NCBI GenBank assembly: GCA_000092065.1
Contig: CP000582.1
Origin: Ostreococcus lucimarinus
Lineage: Eukaryota
Strand: one strand, 5' to 3'
DNA: 64,000 nucleotides
Part shown: piece after piece, positions 39,161-50,149 of the stretch
Position numbering within the stretch: the first letter of the stretch is position 1
Layout of the letters: each line of letters opens with the position of its first letter
Program-made: the position numbers and the translations under genes
Notes under the pieces: generated by a model
What the model saw: only the letters and a program-made list of their open reading frames with translations
What the model was told of the DNA's origin: nothing
Database searches by the model: none

Positions 39161-40642
39161 ATGAAGACTGATCCGAGGCCATTTCACGAACGAGAGTATG
39201 CTAGAGCGTGCCAGGAGAACCTGAATGTCTTCCTTACCGAGCGGAGTTGTCCCTTCCACATACCGGAGCAAGAATTTTGGAACACTGCTGTTCCAGGAGA
39301 CATAGATTCCGTCGTTTTGTTTGTTCTAAAACTGGTAGAAAACGACGTAGGTGCAGATAGAGTTGAACATTTTAAATTTGCGCTGAAGTGTTTAAAATAT
39401 CCTTTTCCAGTCAATACTACGGCGCTTGGAAAGAAATACAGTTCAGAACAGCACGTGATACCTTTCTTAACGTGGCTAATTTATTTATTCGTATACGAGG
39501 ATAACCACGAAATGAAAAGTGAGACAAGCGAGAACAAAGGGAGGTTACTTTATTTACAGACAAAGGCGCTATATCAGGATTTTCTGCGAGGTGTGGAAGT
39601 GTACGAGCTCAAAACTGCTGAGCGTTTTCTTTGTCGGTCACCACTATCGAAGGAGCAAGTGCACATAGCAAACAATCGTTTGCAAGGTTTGAAATATGCC
39701 GTTTCAAAGAGAAAGGTAGAGTTGCAACAATACACTGCCACTAAACGGAGCTTCATAACAACACTGAGGAACTTAAAACAGCGAAAGATAGCTGCACTTG
39801 AGCGCCTAGATACGACTCCATCACGCATTTCCATCCAACAGCGACTCTATAGTGGCCTCCAGAATAGCTTGCAGGACTATCGCAAAAAGATTCATATTTC
39901 TGTGGACCGACAAACGCAAAATCGACCTGTGCTTAAACAAGTAGAGTCAGACTCAGACTCTCTTGTGAATACTGAGTCATCCATCTCTATATATAGTGCG
40001 CCACTTGCTGACTTAAAAGAATCACTAGAGAAGCAATATGAGGAATATGTTGGACTGTTGGCTACTTTAGGACTCCCGTGGTCGAGAAGAGGTGTTTTGA
40101 ATGAAGGAAAACTGTTGCAGGTTTTGGAAAATTTTGGCATGCATGAGAAAGAGAATAGTGAGAATTTTCGTGAGTTTCGTGCTTTGTTGGAAAGTGAGTT
40201 ATCGCGAATAAGAGCCAGGAATATTGCCACGCTCGACAGACTAAGAAATACGGAAAGCACAGTACAATTTAACTCGGCAGTGAAAGAGAAACAAATTTCC
40301 GAGTGCGTTTCACTTCAGAAGCAACTTCACAAAGCAGACGTTCATTATCAGCAAGAGCGCCAACGCTGTGATGACGAAATACAGGGACTTGTTCAAAATC
40401 TTCGTGAAATAGAGAAACAAGTTCAGTTGATCACTCATGATGCAAATCCGTCACATGTATCAACTGTGATGGAACGATTGCAGAGTGGTTACGACGAAGC
40501 GTCTCAGTTGTTTTCACACGAGAAAGCAACCATACAGGGCAGTTTACTTATTGCGTTAGACTTACTGATGTTGCATAAGCAACGAAATCACGAACTCTTG
40601 AACAACTGGAGCTTACATACTGACTCCGCTGGTACCGTTTAG
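39161..40642 (+). CDS. NDC80: Kinetochore protein NDC80/HEC1-like (N-terminal calponin-homology domain plus coiled coil), 493 aa
   Basis: EHFKFALKCLKYPFPVNTTALGKKYSSEQHVIPFLTWLIYLF matches the NDC80 CH-domain motif (LK.LGYPF..SKS....G.PH.WP..L..L.WL). The C-terminal half is heptad-rich. Confidence 0.55.
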   Translation: MKTDPRPFHEREYARACQENLNVFLTERSCPFHIPEQEFWNTAVPGDIDSVVLFVLKLVENDVGADRVEHFKFALKCLKYPFPVNTTALGKKYSSEQHVIPFLTWLIYLFVYEDNHEMKSETSENKGRLLYLQTKALYQDFLRGVEVYELKTAERFLCRSPLSKEQVHIANNRLQGLKYAVSKRKVELQQYTATKRSFITTLRNLKQRKIAALERLDTTPSRISIQQRLYSGLQNSLQDYRKKIHISVDRQTQNRPVLKQVESDSDSLVNTESSISIYSAPLADLKESLEKQYEEYVGLLATLGLPWSRRGVLNEGKLLQVLENFGMHEKENSENFREFRALLESELSRIRARNIATLDRLRNTESTVQFNSAVKEKQISECVSLQKQLHKADVHYQQERQRCDDEIQGLVQNLREIEKQVQLITHDANPSHVSTVMERLQSGYDEASQLFSHEKATIQGSLLIALDLLMLHKQRNHELLNNWSLHTDSAGTV

Positions 40643-41959
40643 TTTGTTAAGATGAGGGTCGAGACCTAACACTCGACGTGAGTCGCTCGTCAGCGTATCT
40701 AATTTCAGCGTTCTTGCTACTTTCATGTGCTTGTGGATAGCTTTAGATCTCGCGTAGAACTGCTGTTTGGATATCCCGTGACTTTTAAAGGCCTTGATAA
40801 ATTGTGCCATTCGAGGGTTGGAGCTATTATTTGGTACGGAACCGTGAACAATGCGCTGATCCCAGACTAAAAAGCTACCAGCCCGAAGTGAAATTCTGCG
40901 TTTCAAATTGTGAATAGGGTCCACAGCCGCAAACTTGAAGCTCCCTGCACCGTGACCTCGCCACACGAGCCTATTTGTACTGGAATCGTTGTGGTTCGTA
41001 TATTTGTTCATGGCCCCCAAATGTTCGACCCAATCTGAAAACACGCTATGGAAGCCAGGAACGAGCACCGTGCCGCCATCTTCGTTTTTGTTCTCCGTGA
41101 TCGATAGAATCCCTTGTAGGTGTGGCCCAGTTACCTGTGTAACACTGTTCATCTCTTTGCTAAAATCGCGCAAGTTTTTGTAGTCCAGCGTCTGTGAAGG
41201 TACATTCCCATTTATATACATCCAAGGATTCAAATCCAAGTGAAGATTACTCGGTGTTTTCCAGGTGGGCATGTCCATGAAGTGTTGGCTATTTTTTATA
41301 CTTATACTTTTTGTTGGTCTGTAGAAGCACCAGCGGTCATGTGACAATAATATATCCGCGTGCCCCAATAAAAGTCGCAGTGCCTTGACCACATACTCGT
41401 TACATCTGTTTCTTATCATCTGTGCTGTGAATAGTGCTGGTTCGGGTGCAAGGCCATAGGTCTTGGAAGATAACACTGAATAAGTGTGTGGGACGCCACG
41501 TTGAAGACTGGGATTCCTGGCCTCCAAGTGGTCCCAAATTTCTTTTGCAGTTTCTTCGCACTCTTCAGGACCGATGATATCGCGAAAGATTACGAACCCG
41601 TACGTTTTAAAAAAATCCAAGAGTTCGTGTTTGTCCGTCTCTGGACCACTGAGTACTTGTCCAGCAGGAAAGGACGTTACAAAGCCCTCGTCATCTGTAG
41701 GTATACTGCACGCCCGTGGATAGAGATTTGCACAGTTGTCAACGACCTTCCGGCGCGTCCTGTTTTTGTGCTCTAAGCGAATATCATCTTTAATCGAACG
41801 AAGAACTGTTGCTGCGTTGCGCAACTGAACTTTCTCCGCTCCGCTGCTTTGTAACTGTTTTATCCGTCGTATTTGTGAACGGTACCGCCGCTGCAACTGG
41901 TCTAACTGAACGCTCTTATTTTCTGTAGTACATTGGTCCACCATTCGATTCTTACGCAC
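40613..41959 (-). CDS. Phytanoyl-CoA dioxygenase (PhyH)-family 2OG-Fe(II) oxygenase with N-terminal coiled-coil
   Basis: HxD...H facial-triad candidates (LHLDLNPW; WDQRIVHGSVPN; RISLRAGSFLVW). The 3' end overlaps NDC80 by 30 nt (convergent). Confidence 0.45.
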   Translation of the reverse strand: MRKNRMVDQCTTENKSVQLDQLQRRYRSQIRRIKQLQSSGAEKVQLRNAATVLRSIKDDIRLEHKNRTRRKVVDNCANLYPRACSIPTDDEGFVTSFPAGQVLSGPETDKHELLDFFKTYGFVIFRDIIGPEECEETAKEIWDHLEARNPSLQRGVPHTYSVLSSKTYGLAPEPALFTAQMIRNRCNEYVVKALRLLLGHADILLSHDRWCFYRPTKSISIKNSQHFMDMPTWKTPSNLHLDLNPWMYINGNVPSQTLDYKNLRDFSKEMNSVTQVTGPHLQGILSITENKNEDGGTVLVPGFHSVFSDWVEHLGAMNKYTNHNDSSTNRLVWRGHGAGSFKFAAVDPIHNLKRRISLRAGSFLVWDQRIVHGSVPNNSSNPRMAQFIKAFKSHGISKQQFYARSKAIHKHMKVARTLKLDTLTSDSRRVLGLDPHLNKLNGTSGVSM

Positions 41960-42181
41960 TCTAGTGCATGTTTTATCGGTGCGCGCTTGAGATGCGCGAG
42001 TCTGAAGGCTGTTCGGGAAGAGATGAAGAGTTCGAGAATTGTCACGTTTTTTTATTTGTCCGAGCTAGAACTGTAGAAAATGTAAGCTAACCTGACAGCG
42101 TCATCTTCACGCGCGCTCTTCCCGCGCGAACGGCATCGTGAGATTCGGACCATCATATCATAGACGGCGAAGAAGAAGATA

Positions 42182-42440
42182 CATGTCGAACTCGAGTACT
42201 ACTAAGAAAACGCCGACGGAGGAGGCAGAGTTGTACATTTTGAAACATTTACTTGCAGCGAAGGTAAGAAGATATGAAAACACCGAATGTTGGGTCTAGC
42301 AATATTCATGTTCAGTACTTTTGGCGATTTTAAGCACATTAAGGAACTCGAATATAACTAGTTTGCCACGTTACCACCTTCGATTGACCATGAAGTTAGT
42401 CACTGCTCCAACGGCGCCAAGTGCAGTTAAGTGCTTGTGA
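42182..42440 (+). CDS. Tentative small two-exon gene (about 73 aa): MSNSSTTKKTPTEEAELYILKHLLAAK | intron gtaaga..tctag | QYSCSVLLAIL...
   Basis: An ATG-initiated exon ends at a GTAAGA donor. A 36-nt intron with an AG acceptor restores the frame. No homology recognised. Confidence 0.2.
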
Positions 42441-42720
42441 GAAGAGGGCCCACGCCCTGACGCTCGATATGCAGGCGAAAAAATTCAATAATGTCATCAC
42501 TCAGTATCGTACAACATTGGCCCGGCAGCGATTACACCGGCTTCAACAGTCCTTGTACATTTCATCGACTCGTTTGAACTGGTTATCGAGGTGTCCACGT
42601 AGAACTACAAGCCGCAAAATATGTTAAGGAAACTTTCAGCACGAAAAAGTCTACCGGGCCTGTGCGCACTTAAAATCGACTTGCTACTTTAGAATCATCA
42701 CGTCGCTAGCTTCGAGCGTT

Positions 42721-44121
42721 TCATGCATTTGTTTGCCGAGAGCAAACTCGATACGTGAGTATGCGACCCCTCGCATTCGCGACGGCCAGAAGTGTGCCAT
42801 CGTTGTTGAAAGCTGTCGACGAGACGTAGTGTAAAGGGGTTGAGCTAGTTGGCCAAGCTTTGACCATCGATAACGTAGGGACGTGGAAGGCTCGTAAAGC
42901 GTTCTTCTTGAATGATGACGACATGATGATGATATCACCATGAGGATCTGAACTTAGTGATGTGACCGATGTCGAAAGACTTGATATGCGCTTTGCTGGA
43001 CTCTGCGTTCTTCTCTTATATGGATCACTCCAGTCCACATCTGCGAATCTATGGACGCTGACTATGCCATTGCCTTGCCCCGTGATGATTTTCTCACCGT
43101 CAGGTGTCAAACATATACATTTTGTGTCATCAAAACCAGCTGCTTTTTTCAGACAACGCTGCATCCGAACATCCCAACAATAAAGCAATCCATCATCTGT
43201 GACGCCGATTATCTCCATCCCGGCGTGTGAAAATACACATGCACGAACCGACGTACCAGTAGTATTGAGTTTCATAACACACGTGCGGCTCGTTTGTGAA
43301 ATTATATTCACTTCGGATGATCCTGGAATACCTAACAAGTCTGTGCCTGGAGCTTGAGCAAAGGTACCGCGGACGAGCGTCTCTCTACGCATGTGGACCC
43401 TCTCAACGGTGTTTCTCTCAAGATGGCCCAATAATAAGTTCCCTTTGCCGCATATAATAGTGTAATCGCTACTCCTGCTGAATTCTACGTTCTTAATTGA
43501 TACATTTTCTATCGACAGTGTCTGAAACAGCTTGTTGTTTTTACCGTCCACCCTAAATATATTCACCCGAGAGTCGGCACTAGCACTCAAGGCCAACTCA
43601 CGTTTGTGGTGAAAATGCACACAAATAGCTGCACTCTCAGGGGGGCCGTCAAAATCAAAATCTTTCACCCTCGTAAAATCAAGAAGATTCAGGTTGCGCC
43701 GAGCTTCCAGCCCTACACGAACTGCGGAGTTTCCAACTTCTGGGAAAGCACGACCGGTGCTGGTATGGGTACCATCGGACCAACGCTTGACTACTTTCGA
43801 CCCGATGAAGGAAATAGATTCTTCGTCTGGCTGAGAAAGAGCCAATTCAGAACCCGCAAACTCAACTGCCTCCACCCGTCGCTTGTTCGCAAAATTTCCG
43901 CAGAAACCGCCGTCACCATGGTCGTCTATCCAGGCACGGCCACGTGAGCCTCCCATCTCGACTAGCGTACGCGACGTCAAGTCGAGCGCGATATGATATC
44001 GCCTACACAGATGGTCTTCTGCACAAGCGAGACTCTCGCGCGCGCGTCGACTTTCTTTGCGAGAGAAACAAAAAAAGCGACGCCAGCCGACTTGACTGCG
44101 AGTGGACGGACATAAGTACAA
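42721..44121 (-). CDS. WD40-repeat protein (possibly UTP18/WDR50-like small-subunit processome component)
   Basis: Multiple WD-like repeats (...GDIIIMSS..., TLLAVANARGRILTYRV) in a 466-aa intronless ORF. The UTP18 assignment is tentative. Confidence 0.5.
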   Translation of the reverse strand: MYLCPSTRSQVGWRRFFCFSRKESRRARESLACAEDHLCRRYHIALDLTSRTLVEMGGSRGRAWIDDHGDGGFCGNFANKRRVEAVEFAGSELALSQPDEESISFIGSKVVKRWSDGTHTSTGRAFPEVGNSAVRVGLEARRNLNLLDFTRVKDFDFDGPPESAAICVHFHHKRELALSASADSRVNIFRVDGKNNKLFQTLSIENVSIKNVEFSRSSDYTIICGKGNLLLGHLERNTVERVHMRRETLVRGTFAQAPGTDLLGIPGSSEVNIISQTSRTCVMKLNTTGTSVRACVFSHAGMEIIGVTDDGLLYCWDVRMQRCLKKAAGFDDTKCICLTPDGEKIITGQGNGIVSVHRFADVDWSDPYKRRTQSPAKRISSLSTSVTSLSSDPHGDIIIMSSSFKKNALRAFHVPTLSMVKAWPTSSTPLHYVSSTAFNNDGTLLAVANARGRILTYRVCSRQTNA

Positions 44122-44441
44122 AATGGTAGGCTACGAAGCGTGCATTGTGTGTAAATGATCCGATATATTACACATTCAATATACGGATATACAATATATA
44201 GCGTGTAGATGTCGCATCAGTATGGAAAGAAATGTAACCAATAGGACCCGTTCTAAACCCTAGATTTGATAAAGGCGGCACGAGGGCCGTTCTCGATTTC
44301 TGCGTAGCTGGTTACCACAGAGACGCAGGAGCTCTTCCTTCCAAGTGAAACGATTCAGCGTCAAAGTATGAATCGTACGCTGTACTATCCTTCGTGATGA
44401 AACTACGTGATGAAGTTGCGAATGCACTTTGAACTTCAAGT

Positions 44442-45728
44442 GTGACTGGACAAGCACTGTTTAAGCTCTTTGAAATGACCTCTTTCGACAAGCTTGGTTT
44501 AAGCGGCGTACTGCTACGTAATATTCGGCAGCTAGGTTTTACAGAGCCTAGTTCTGTGCAAAAGTCTTGCATCCCGCCGATCCTTCAGGGAAGGGATGTC
44601 ATCGGCATTGCCAACACAGGAAGTGGAAAAACAGCTGCCTTTGCCCTGCCCGTTGTGCACGTATTGAGTGTAGACCCACATGGCGTCTTTGCGCTCTGCC
44701 TTAGCCCTACGCGGGAACTGGCCTATCAGATAGCTGAACAGTTTGCAGTTTTCAGCGTCGGAATGTCTCTCAGGTGTGAAGTGGTAATTGGTGGTGAGGA
44801 CCTACTTCGACAGGCCAGCTCACTATCGAAACGTCCGCATATTGTTGTCGCAACGCCTGGACGTTTACTAGAGCACTTCATGCACTCCTCTGATACCATA
44901 GAATGCTTTCAGAGACTCAAGTTCTTGATTTTAGACGAGGCGGATAGACTTCTAGATTCCTCCTTTGAGGCTGAGCTCCGATATCTGTTGACAAATTTGC
45001 CACAGAAGCGCCAGACTCTGATGTTTTCTGCCACCATAACACCAAGCGTTATAGCACTCAAGCCACTCCTCGGTCAACGTGCTTTCTACTATGAAGAAAA
45101 AGGTGAATTAACGACGCCCACCGGGTGCGCGCAATACTACTGTTTCATGCCCGAAAAAGTCAAGGATACGTACTTGGTTCACGTGTTGAGAGAACTTGTG
45201 TCAAGCAAGTCCACACGCGCCATGATATTTTGCCCTACAGTTCAGAAGTGTGAGATGGTATCGCATATGCTTCATAATCTCGGTATAGCTGCATGTTCTC
45301 TACATGCAGCGAAGAAACAGAGAGATCGACACTCCACATTGAACGCTTTTAAGAGTACAATGGTGAAGATTTTAGTCGCGACAGATGTTGCGGCGCGAGG
45401 ACTTGACTTGCCTGACGTTGAATTGGTGGTCAACTACGATATACCCTCAGATCCTCGTCAGTACATTCACCGAATCGGTCGAACTGCTCGATTTCACGCG
45501 ACTGGTCAAGCTATATCGCTCGTCACGCAGTATGATGTAGGAAAAATCAAGAAAATAGAAAAACACCTTGGGCACGAACTCGAAGAATTTCATGTGCAAG
45601 AAGCAGATGTTAATAAGTTGGTGGGAGAAGTTTTTGCTTCTAGAAAGATGGCCAAATTACACATGGCTTCCCCAGGCGGATTCGATGAGCAGCTCAGTGC
45701 AAAGAAGAAGCGACAATCGGCTAAGTAA
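44442..45728 (+). CDS. DEAD-box ATP-dependent RNA helicase, DDX49/Dbp8-like
   Basis: Q motif FDKLGLS...SSVQ. Motif I ANTGSGKTAAF. Ia PTRELAYQI. Ib ATPGRLLEH. II LDEADRLLD (DEAD). III SAT. VI HRIGRTARFHATG. Close to Dbp8/DDX49. Confidence 0.85.
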   Translation: MTGQALFKLFEMTSFDKLGLSGVLLRNIRQLGFTEPSSVQKSCIPPILQGRDVIGIANTGSGKTAAFALPVVHVLSVDPHGVFALCLSPTRELAYQIAEQFAVFSVGMSLRCEVVIGGEDLLRQASSLSKRPHIVVATPGRLLEHFMHSSDTIECFQRLKFLILDEADRLLDSSFEAELRYLLTNLPQKRQTLMFSATITPSVIALKPLLGQRAFYYEEKGELTTPTGCAQYYCFMPEKVKDTYLVHVLRELVSSKSTRAMIFCPTVQKCEMVSHMLHNLGIAACSLHAAKKQRDRHSTLNAFKSTMVKILVATDVAARGLDLPDVELVVNYDIPSDPRQYIHRIGRTARFHATGQAISLVTQYDVGKIKKIEKHLGHELEEFHVQEADVNKLVGEVFASRKMAKLHMASPGGFDEQLSAKKKRQSAK

Positions 45729-45831
45729 TGTTTAGACATTTTGTTTTATATACCTATATATAGGTACCTAGTATTGTAATATTACACGGTACTACGCCAG
45801 ATTACGTAGTTTTTTTATCGCATATTGCTGA

Positions 45832-45867
45832 GAAACCTTGGGGCGTGGTTCCACGCCCCAAGGTTTC
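45832..45867. repeat. Perfect 17-nt-arm hairpin, gaaaccttggggcgtgg tt ccacgccccaaggtttc, ~100 nt downstream of the DDX49 stop; also a 16-nt palindrome tacctatatataggta at about 45758-45773
   Basis: Reverse complement verified by eye. A possible 3'-end or regulatory hairpin. The cccaaggtttc core recurs at 46036-46046. Confidence 0.55.
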
Positions 45868-45910
45868 CAGAAAGTAATACATACTGATATCATACGTTCG
45901 CCGACATATA

Positions 45911-46134
45911 GAGAATGAACCCAATCCCGTATTATAGTGGTTCTAACGCATATGTCTACACTACATGACCTAGACCTACATATAGACTTAGCGCGTATGA
46001 ATAAGCATCGGACAAGCACGCACGGCATCCATCGCGACTTATAAACCCAAGGTTTCTCAATTTAGACTTTCGCCGTTTTGCGATGGTGTATAATAAGCGT
46101 TGACAACACTATAATACAGGATTGGGTTCATCTC
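45911..46134. mobile_element. MITE-like element (about 224 bp) with about 38-bp imperfect terminal inverted repeats, lying in the promoter of the aconitase B gene
   Basis: Left TIR gagaatgaacccaatcccgtattatagtggttctaacgc (45911-45949). Reverse complement of the right TIR (46097-46134) is gagatgaacccaatcctgtattatagtgttgtcaacgc, about 33/38 identical. The core is AT-rich and non-coding. Confidence 0.55.
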
Positions 46135-46159
46135 ATGTGTCAATATCTCTCAGCCACAG

Positions 46160-49006
46160 GTGTGGCGCAGCACTCGGTCGATCACAGTTTTTTTATTCAG
46201 CTGCACCAGTTCGCACGCGGAATTTTCCATAACTCGCGACCCGAACCCGATGAATGTACGAGCAGCGCACCGTACGCTTCAATCACTTGTGAGAGTGCGA
46301 AGTTTCGGGCTACTCGGCTGCCGGCTCGCACGGTGTACGTCAGACTTAGCGGACAGCTCAACAACTCTGTTGCCGTTGTTGCGTACACGAAGTACAGGCG
46401 TAATACCGGTTATCAACGTGCAGTCGAGCCGTAGCGCATGCGTCGGTACAAGGGGGATTCTAGATGAGTATGAACAGCATAAAAACGACAGGGCCCAACT
46501 CGGTATACCCGCAAAACCTCTCTCTGCGAAGCAAGTATCAGAACTGATTGCCTTGCTGGAAGCACCGATCAGCGAAGAAGAAGACCGCATATATGATATG
46601 CTAGTAAACTGCATTTCACCTGGTGTCGATGAAGCGGCATATGTTAAGGCAGGTTGGCTTGCAAGTGTAAGCAAAGGCAAGACTGTGAGCCCGTTAGTAT
46701 CGCGGGAAGATGCCGTCCGTATCCTTGGCACCATGCAGGGTGGATACAACATCTCGCCTCTTATTGATGCACTTGATTATGACGACTTGGGTCGCATTGC
46801 CGCTGCCGCTCTTTCTGACACCCTGTTGATATTCGATGCATTTTACGATGTTCAAGAGAAAGCAGATAAAGCAAATAAGTATGCCATGCAAGTAGTGCAG
46901 AGTTGGGCGGACGCAGAATGGTTCACAAAGAAGAGCCCACCACCATCAAAAATCACTGTAACAGTGTTCAAAGTGCCAGGTGAAACAAATACCGATGATC
47001 TTTCGCCCGCTCAAGATGCATGGAGTCGCCCCGATATTCCTCTGCACGCCCTTGCGATGCTCAAATCACCGCGTGAAGGAATTCAAAACCCGATTTCTCA
47101 AATCGACGAACTCAAAAAACTTGGATATCCACTGGCGTATGTTGGCGACGTCGTTGGGACTGGTTCGTCACGTAAGTCTGCAACGAATTCTGTCTTGTGG
47201 CACATGGGTATTGACATTCCGAACGTTCCCAATAAACGCACTGGAGGAGTATGCATCGGTGGTAAAATTGCTCCAATTTTCTTCAACACAATGGAGGACA
47301 GTGGGGCATTCCCTATCGAGATGGACGTGAAGAATATACACATGGGTGATGTCATAGATATATTCCCGTATGAGGGTTTAGTCAAGAAACATGGCACAAA
47401 TGAGGTTATCACAACTTTTTCCCTGAAGAGTCCTGTGCTATTGGATGAAATTCAGGCTGGTGGGCGCATCCCACTCATTATTGGTCGATCGTTGACTGAT
47501 AAAGCTAGAAATGCATTGGGTCTAGAGCCTTCTGAAGTATTTCAAGTGCCCCAGGTCTCTAAATCACGTTCTAAGGGGTTTACACTCGCACAGAAGATGG
47601 TGGGGAAGGCATGTGGTGTGGCTGGGATACTTCCCGGCACATACTGCGAACCTCGTGTAACGACTGTGGGGAGTCAAGATACGACTGGTCCTATGACACG
47701 TGACGAGTTGAAGGATCTGGCTTGTCTTGGTTTCACCGCCGATTTAGTCATGCAGTCTTTTTGCCATACGGCTGCATATCCCAAGCCTGTTGATGTTGAC
47801 ACTCACCACACTCTCCCCACTTTTATTCGCAACCGTGGCGGTGTATCGCTTAGACCAGGAGATGGGGTCATACACAGCTGGCTGAATCGTATGCTCTTAC
47901 CTGATACAGTAGGTACAGGTGGCGACTCGCACACTCGATTCCCGATTGGGATTTCGTTTCCAGCTGGCTCTGGTTTAGTAGCATTCGGTGCTGCCACTGG
48001 AGTTATTCCTCTCGACATGCCAGAATCAGTACTTGTTCGTTTCACTGGGCATCTACAGCCAGGTATTACTTTGCGGGATCTTGTCCACGCTATTCCACTG
48101 CAGGCAATTGAAGATGGATTACTTACAGTCGCAAAAGAAGACAAAGTCAACGCCTTTAGTGGGCGTATTTTGGAAATTGAAGGTCTTGAGCATCTGAAGT
48201 GTGAACAAGCATTTGAACTGTCAGACGCTAGTGCTGAAAGAAGTGCGGCTGGCTGTACAATTAAGCTCGACGAAGCAAGCGTAAAGGAGTATCTTACTAG
48301 TAACGTTGCTCTTCTTAAGTGGATGATAGCCAATGATTATGGTGAGGTTCGTACTCTCGAGCGCAGAATCCTCGCGATGCAACAATGGCTCGCTGCCCCA
48401 GAGCTTTTACGGGCTGATGATGATGCTGAGTACGCTGCGACGATCGAAATTGATTTGAACGCAATCACAGAACCTATATTATGTGCACCGAATGATCCAG
48501 ATGACGCACGTACACTTTCTTCTGTAGTTGGTGATAAAGTTGACGAGGTGTTCATAGGCTCTTGCATGACGAACATTGGTCATTTCAGAGCTGCGGCAAA
48601 GCTTTTGAACGACAATCTCAGTCAGCTTCCCACTCGACTTTGGGTGGCACCCCCAACAAAGATGGACGAATTGCAGCTGAAAGTTGAAGGACATTACAGC
48701 ACTTTTGCTACGGTAGGCGCGAGGACAGAGATGCCAGGGTGCTCTTTGTGTATGGGAAACCAAGCGAGAGTTGCTGAAAAGAGCACAGTAGTTTCTACAA
48801 GTACTCGGAACTTTCCCAATCGTCTTGGTAAAGGTGCAAATGTTTATCTAGCATCTGCAGAACTTTCTGCTGTTTGCGCGATTCTAGGCCGAATACCATC
48901 AAAGGAAGAATACTTGAGCCATGTTGAAGTGCTTACGAACAGTACTGACACGTACCAGTACCTCAACTTCGACAAATTGAGCTATTACACAGATGTACGC
49001 GAGTAA
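46160..49006 (+). CDS. acnB: Bacterial-type aconitate hydratase B (AcnB family), with about 90-aa N-terminal presequence (probable mitochondrial targeting; likely start [10 protein letters not shown] at about 46250)
   Basis: After the presequence, [37 protein letters not shown]...[19 protein letters not shown] is collinear with E. coli AcnB MLEEYRKHVAERAAEGIAPKPLDANQMAALVELLKNP...[19 protein letters not shown]. Fe-S ligand region [27 protein letters not shown] and SCMTNIGH are present. Intronless. Confidence 0.8.
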   Translation: MWRSTRSITVFLFSCTSSHAEFSITRDPNPMNVRAAHRTLQSLVRVRSFGLLGCRLARCTSDLADSSTTLLPLLRTRSTGVIPVINVQSSRSACVGTRGILDEYEQHKNDRAQLGIPAKPLSAKQVSELIALLEAPISEEEDRIYDMLVNCISPGVDEAAYVKAGWLASVSKGKTVSPLVSREDAVRILGTMQGGYNISPLIDALDYDDLGRIAAAALSDTLLIFDAFYDVQEKADKANKYAMQVVQSWADAEWFTKKSPPPSKITVTVFKVPGETNTDDLSPAQDAWSRPDIPLHALAMLKSPREGIQNPISQIDELKKLGYPLAYVGDVVGTGSSRKSATNSVLWHMGIDIPNVPNKRTGGVCIGGKIAPIFFNTMEDSGAFPIEMDVKNIHMGDVIDIFPYEGLVKKHGTNEVITTFSLKSPVLLDEIQAGGRIPLIIGRSLTDKARNALGLEPSEVFQVPQVSKSRSKGFTLAQKMVGKACGVAGILPGTYCEPRVTTVGSQDTTGPMTRDELKDLACLGFTADLVMQSFCHTAAYPKPVDVDTHHTLPTFIRNRGGVSLRPGDGVIHSWLNRMLLPDTVGTGGDSHTRFPIGISFPAGSGLVAFGAATGVIPLDMPESVLVRFTGHLQPGITLRDLVHAIPLQAIEDGLLTVAKEDKVNAFSGRILEIEGLEHLKCEQAFELSDASAERSAAGCTIKLDEASVKEYLTSNVALLKWMIANDYGEVRTLERRILAMQQWLAAPELLRADDDAEYAATIEIDLNAITEPILCAPNDPDDARTLSSVVGDKVDEVFIGSCMTNIGHFRAAAKLLNDNLSQLPTRLWVAPPTKMDELQLKVEGHYSTFATVGARTEMPGCSLCMGNQARVAEKSTVVSTSTRNFPNRLGKGANVYLASAELSAVCAILGRIPSKEEYLSHVEVLTNSTDTYQYLNFDKLSYYTDVRE

Positions 49007-49052
49007 TACTCTGAAGAAGTAGTTACATTTACAATATTAGGCTACGTCGAGT

Positions 49053-50149
49053 TATTCGTCAGAAATGTAATCGTAAAATGCCCTGACTTTCTTGCCAAGC
49101 TGTTCCACAGTTTTGTCGTCTGATGAAAAGTCGACATCGTGCCCAAATTCTAGAATTAGTACTGGCTTCTACATATTTCCCGATCCAAGGCGCAACCAAA
49201 CATGGTGAGTTCATGCTTTTGTGTCAAAAGCTCGATACTGACATACCTTTTTAAATTGACTACACATGTGGTCTGTCACAAAACCTATCGTTAAGGTCTC
49301 CTGATGTTTTTTCCCGACCGTGAGCGCTCTCACATCCTGGTTGGGAATGTCATTAACCTCAATTTCAACTTAACAATTTCGTAATACTTGTAACAGCCAC
49401 TTTTCATGTTTGTAGTGTAGTGATTCAAGGTACTCGAGTGTGATGTTAAGCTCCTCACCACGCGCCCGCCGCTGAAGCCGCTCCATGCACACATCTGGCT
49501 CAACTCTCAAATATATAAACCCATCTGGAATCAGGGAGGGTAAGGCCTTCAGCTACACGTCAGTGCACTTGATAGAGAAACTCAAATCTACTTCACGCAC
49601 ATTTATCATGGGATACAACCAAGCGTTGTAGAGATCAGCCTCAAGCTCGGATAACCAGCCTTGTTCGTGCACTGACTCGACAAATACGTTTCGGTCAGAA
49701 AAAACACTGCGTTCAGTTATTCTTAGTAGTTTCGATGTTCCTGCGCTTTGTCGCTCTTGCAAATACCGAGTCATAAAAACATAATTCTGGAACACATATG
49801 CATATCTTTCTGGATTGGTGTAAAATTCTTTGAGCAAGTTATGAGGAGGATTGCTTGCACTTTTTCGCGGCACGCTTTGCCAACTTTGAACCGGTTCTGG
49901 GACAGTGTACACCAGATCCTATATTCACCAAATGAGTAGAGAGTATAACAAACCGAATCACATACTTCTAGGCGTGAGGCGCTTGAGAGCACCTCTGACA
50001 AAAATGTACTTTTGCCTGAACTGATGTTCCCTTCTACGCAAAGGCTGACCTGGAAAACATTTATCTCGAACTGTTTGTCAAGAAGACGGAACTTACCTTG
50101 TAAGCTGTGTCAAGCGCTTGACGAGAACTGCAAGTGACGTCAGAGAGCA
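49053..50149 (-). CDS. Deoxyribonucleoside kinase (dCK/dGK family), 6 exons with 5 short introns (about 47, 46, 57, about 50, 77 nt; all GT..AG)
   Basis: Spliced minus-strand reading: [18 protein letters not shown]|[28 protein letters not shown] (P-loop)|[13 protein letters not shown]...[13 protein letters not shown]...[13 protein letters not shown]|[46 protein letters not shown]|[10 protein letters not shown]...|[19 protein letters not shown]...ISDE*. This is collinear with human dCK (ISIEGNIAAGKST; EVVPEPVARW; ERSVYSDRYIFA; DGIIYLQATPETCLHRI; EYLEKLHYKHESWLL). Confidence 0.7.

Noticed and set aside
45792-46028. ORF 45792..46028(-) (78 aa) and ORF 46078..46434(+)
   Set aside because: They lie within the hairpin and MITE-like non-coding region and the AcnB 5' leader. 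No motifs. The AcnB presequence frame explains the plus-strand ORF.
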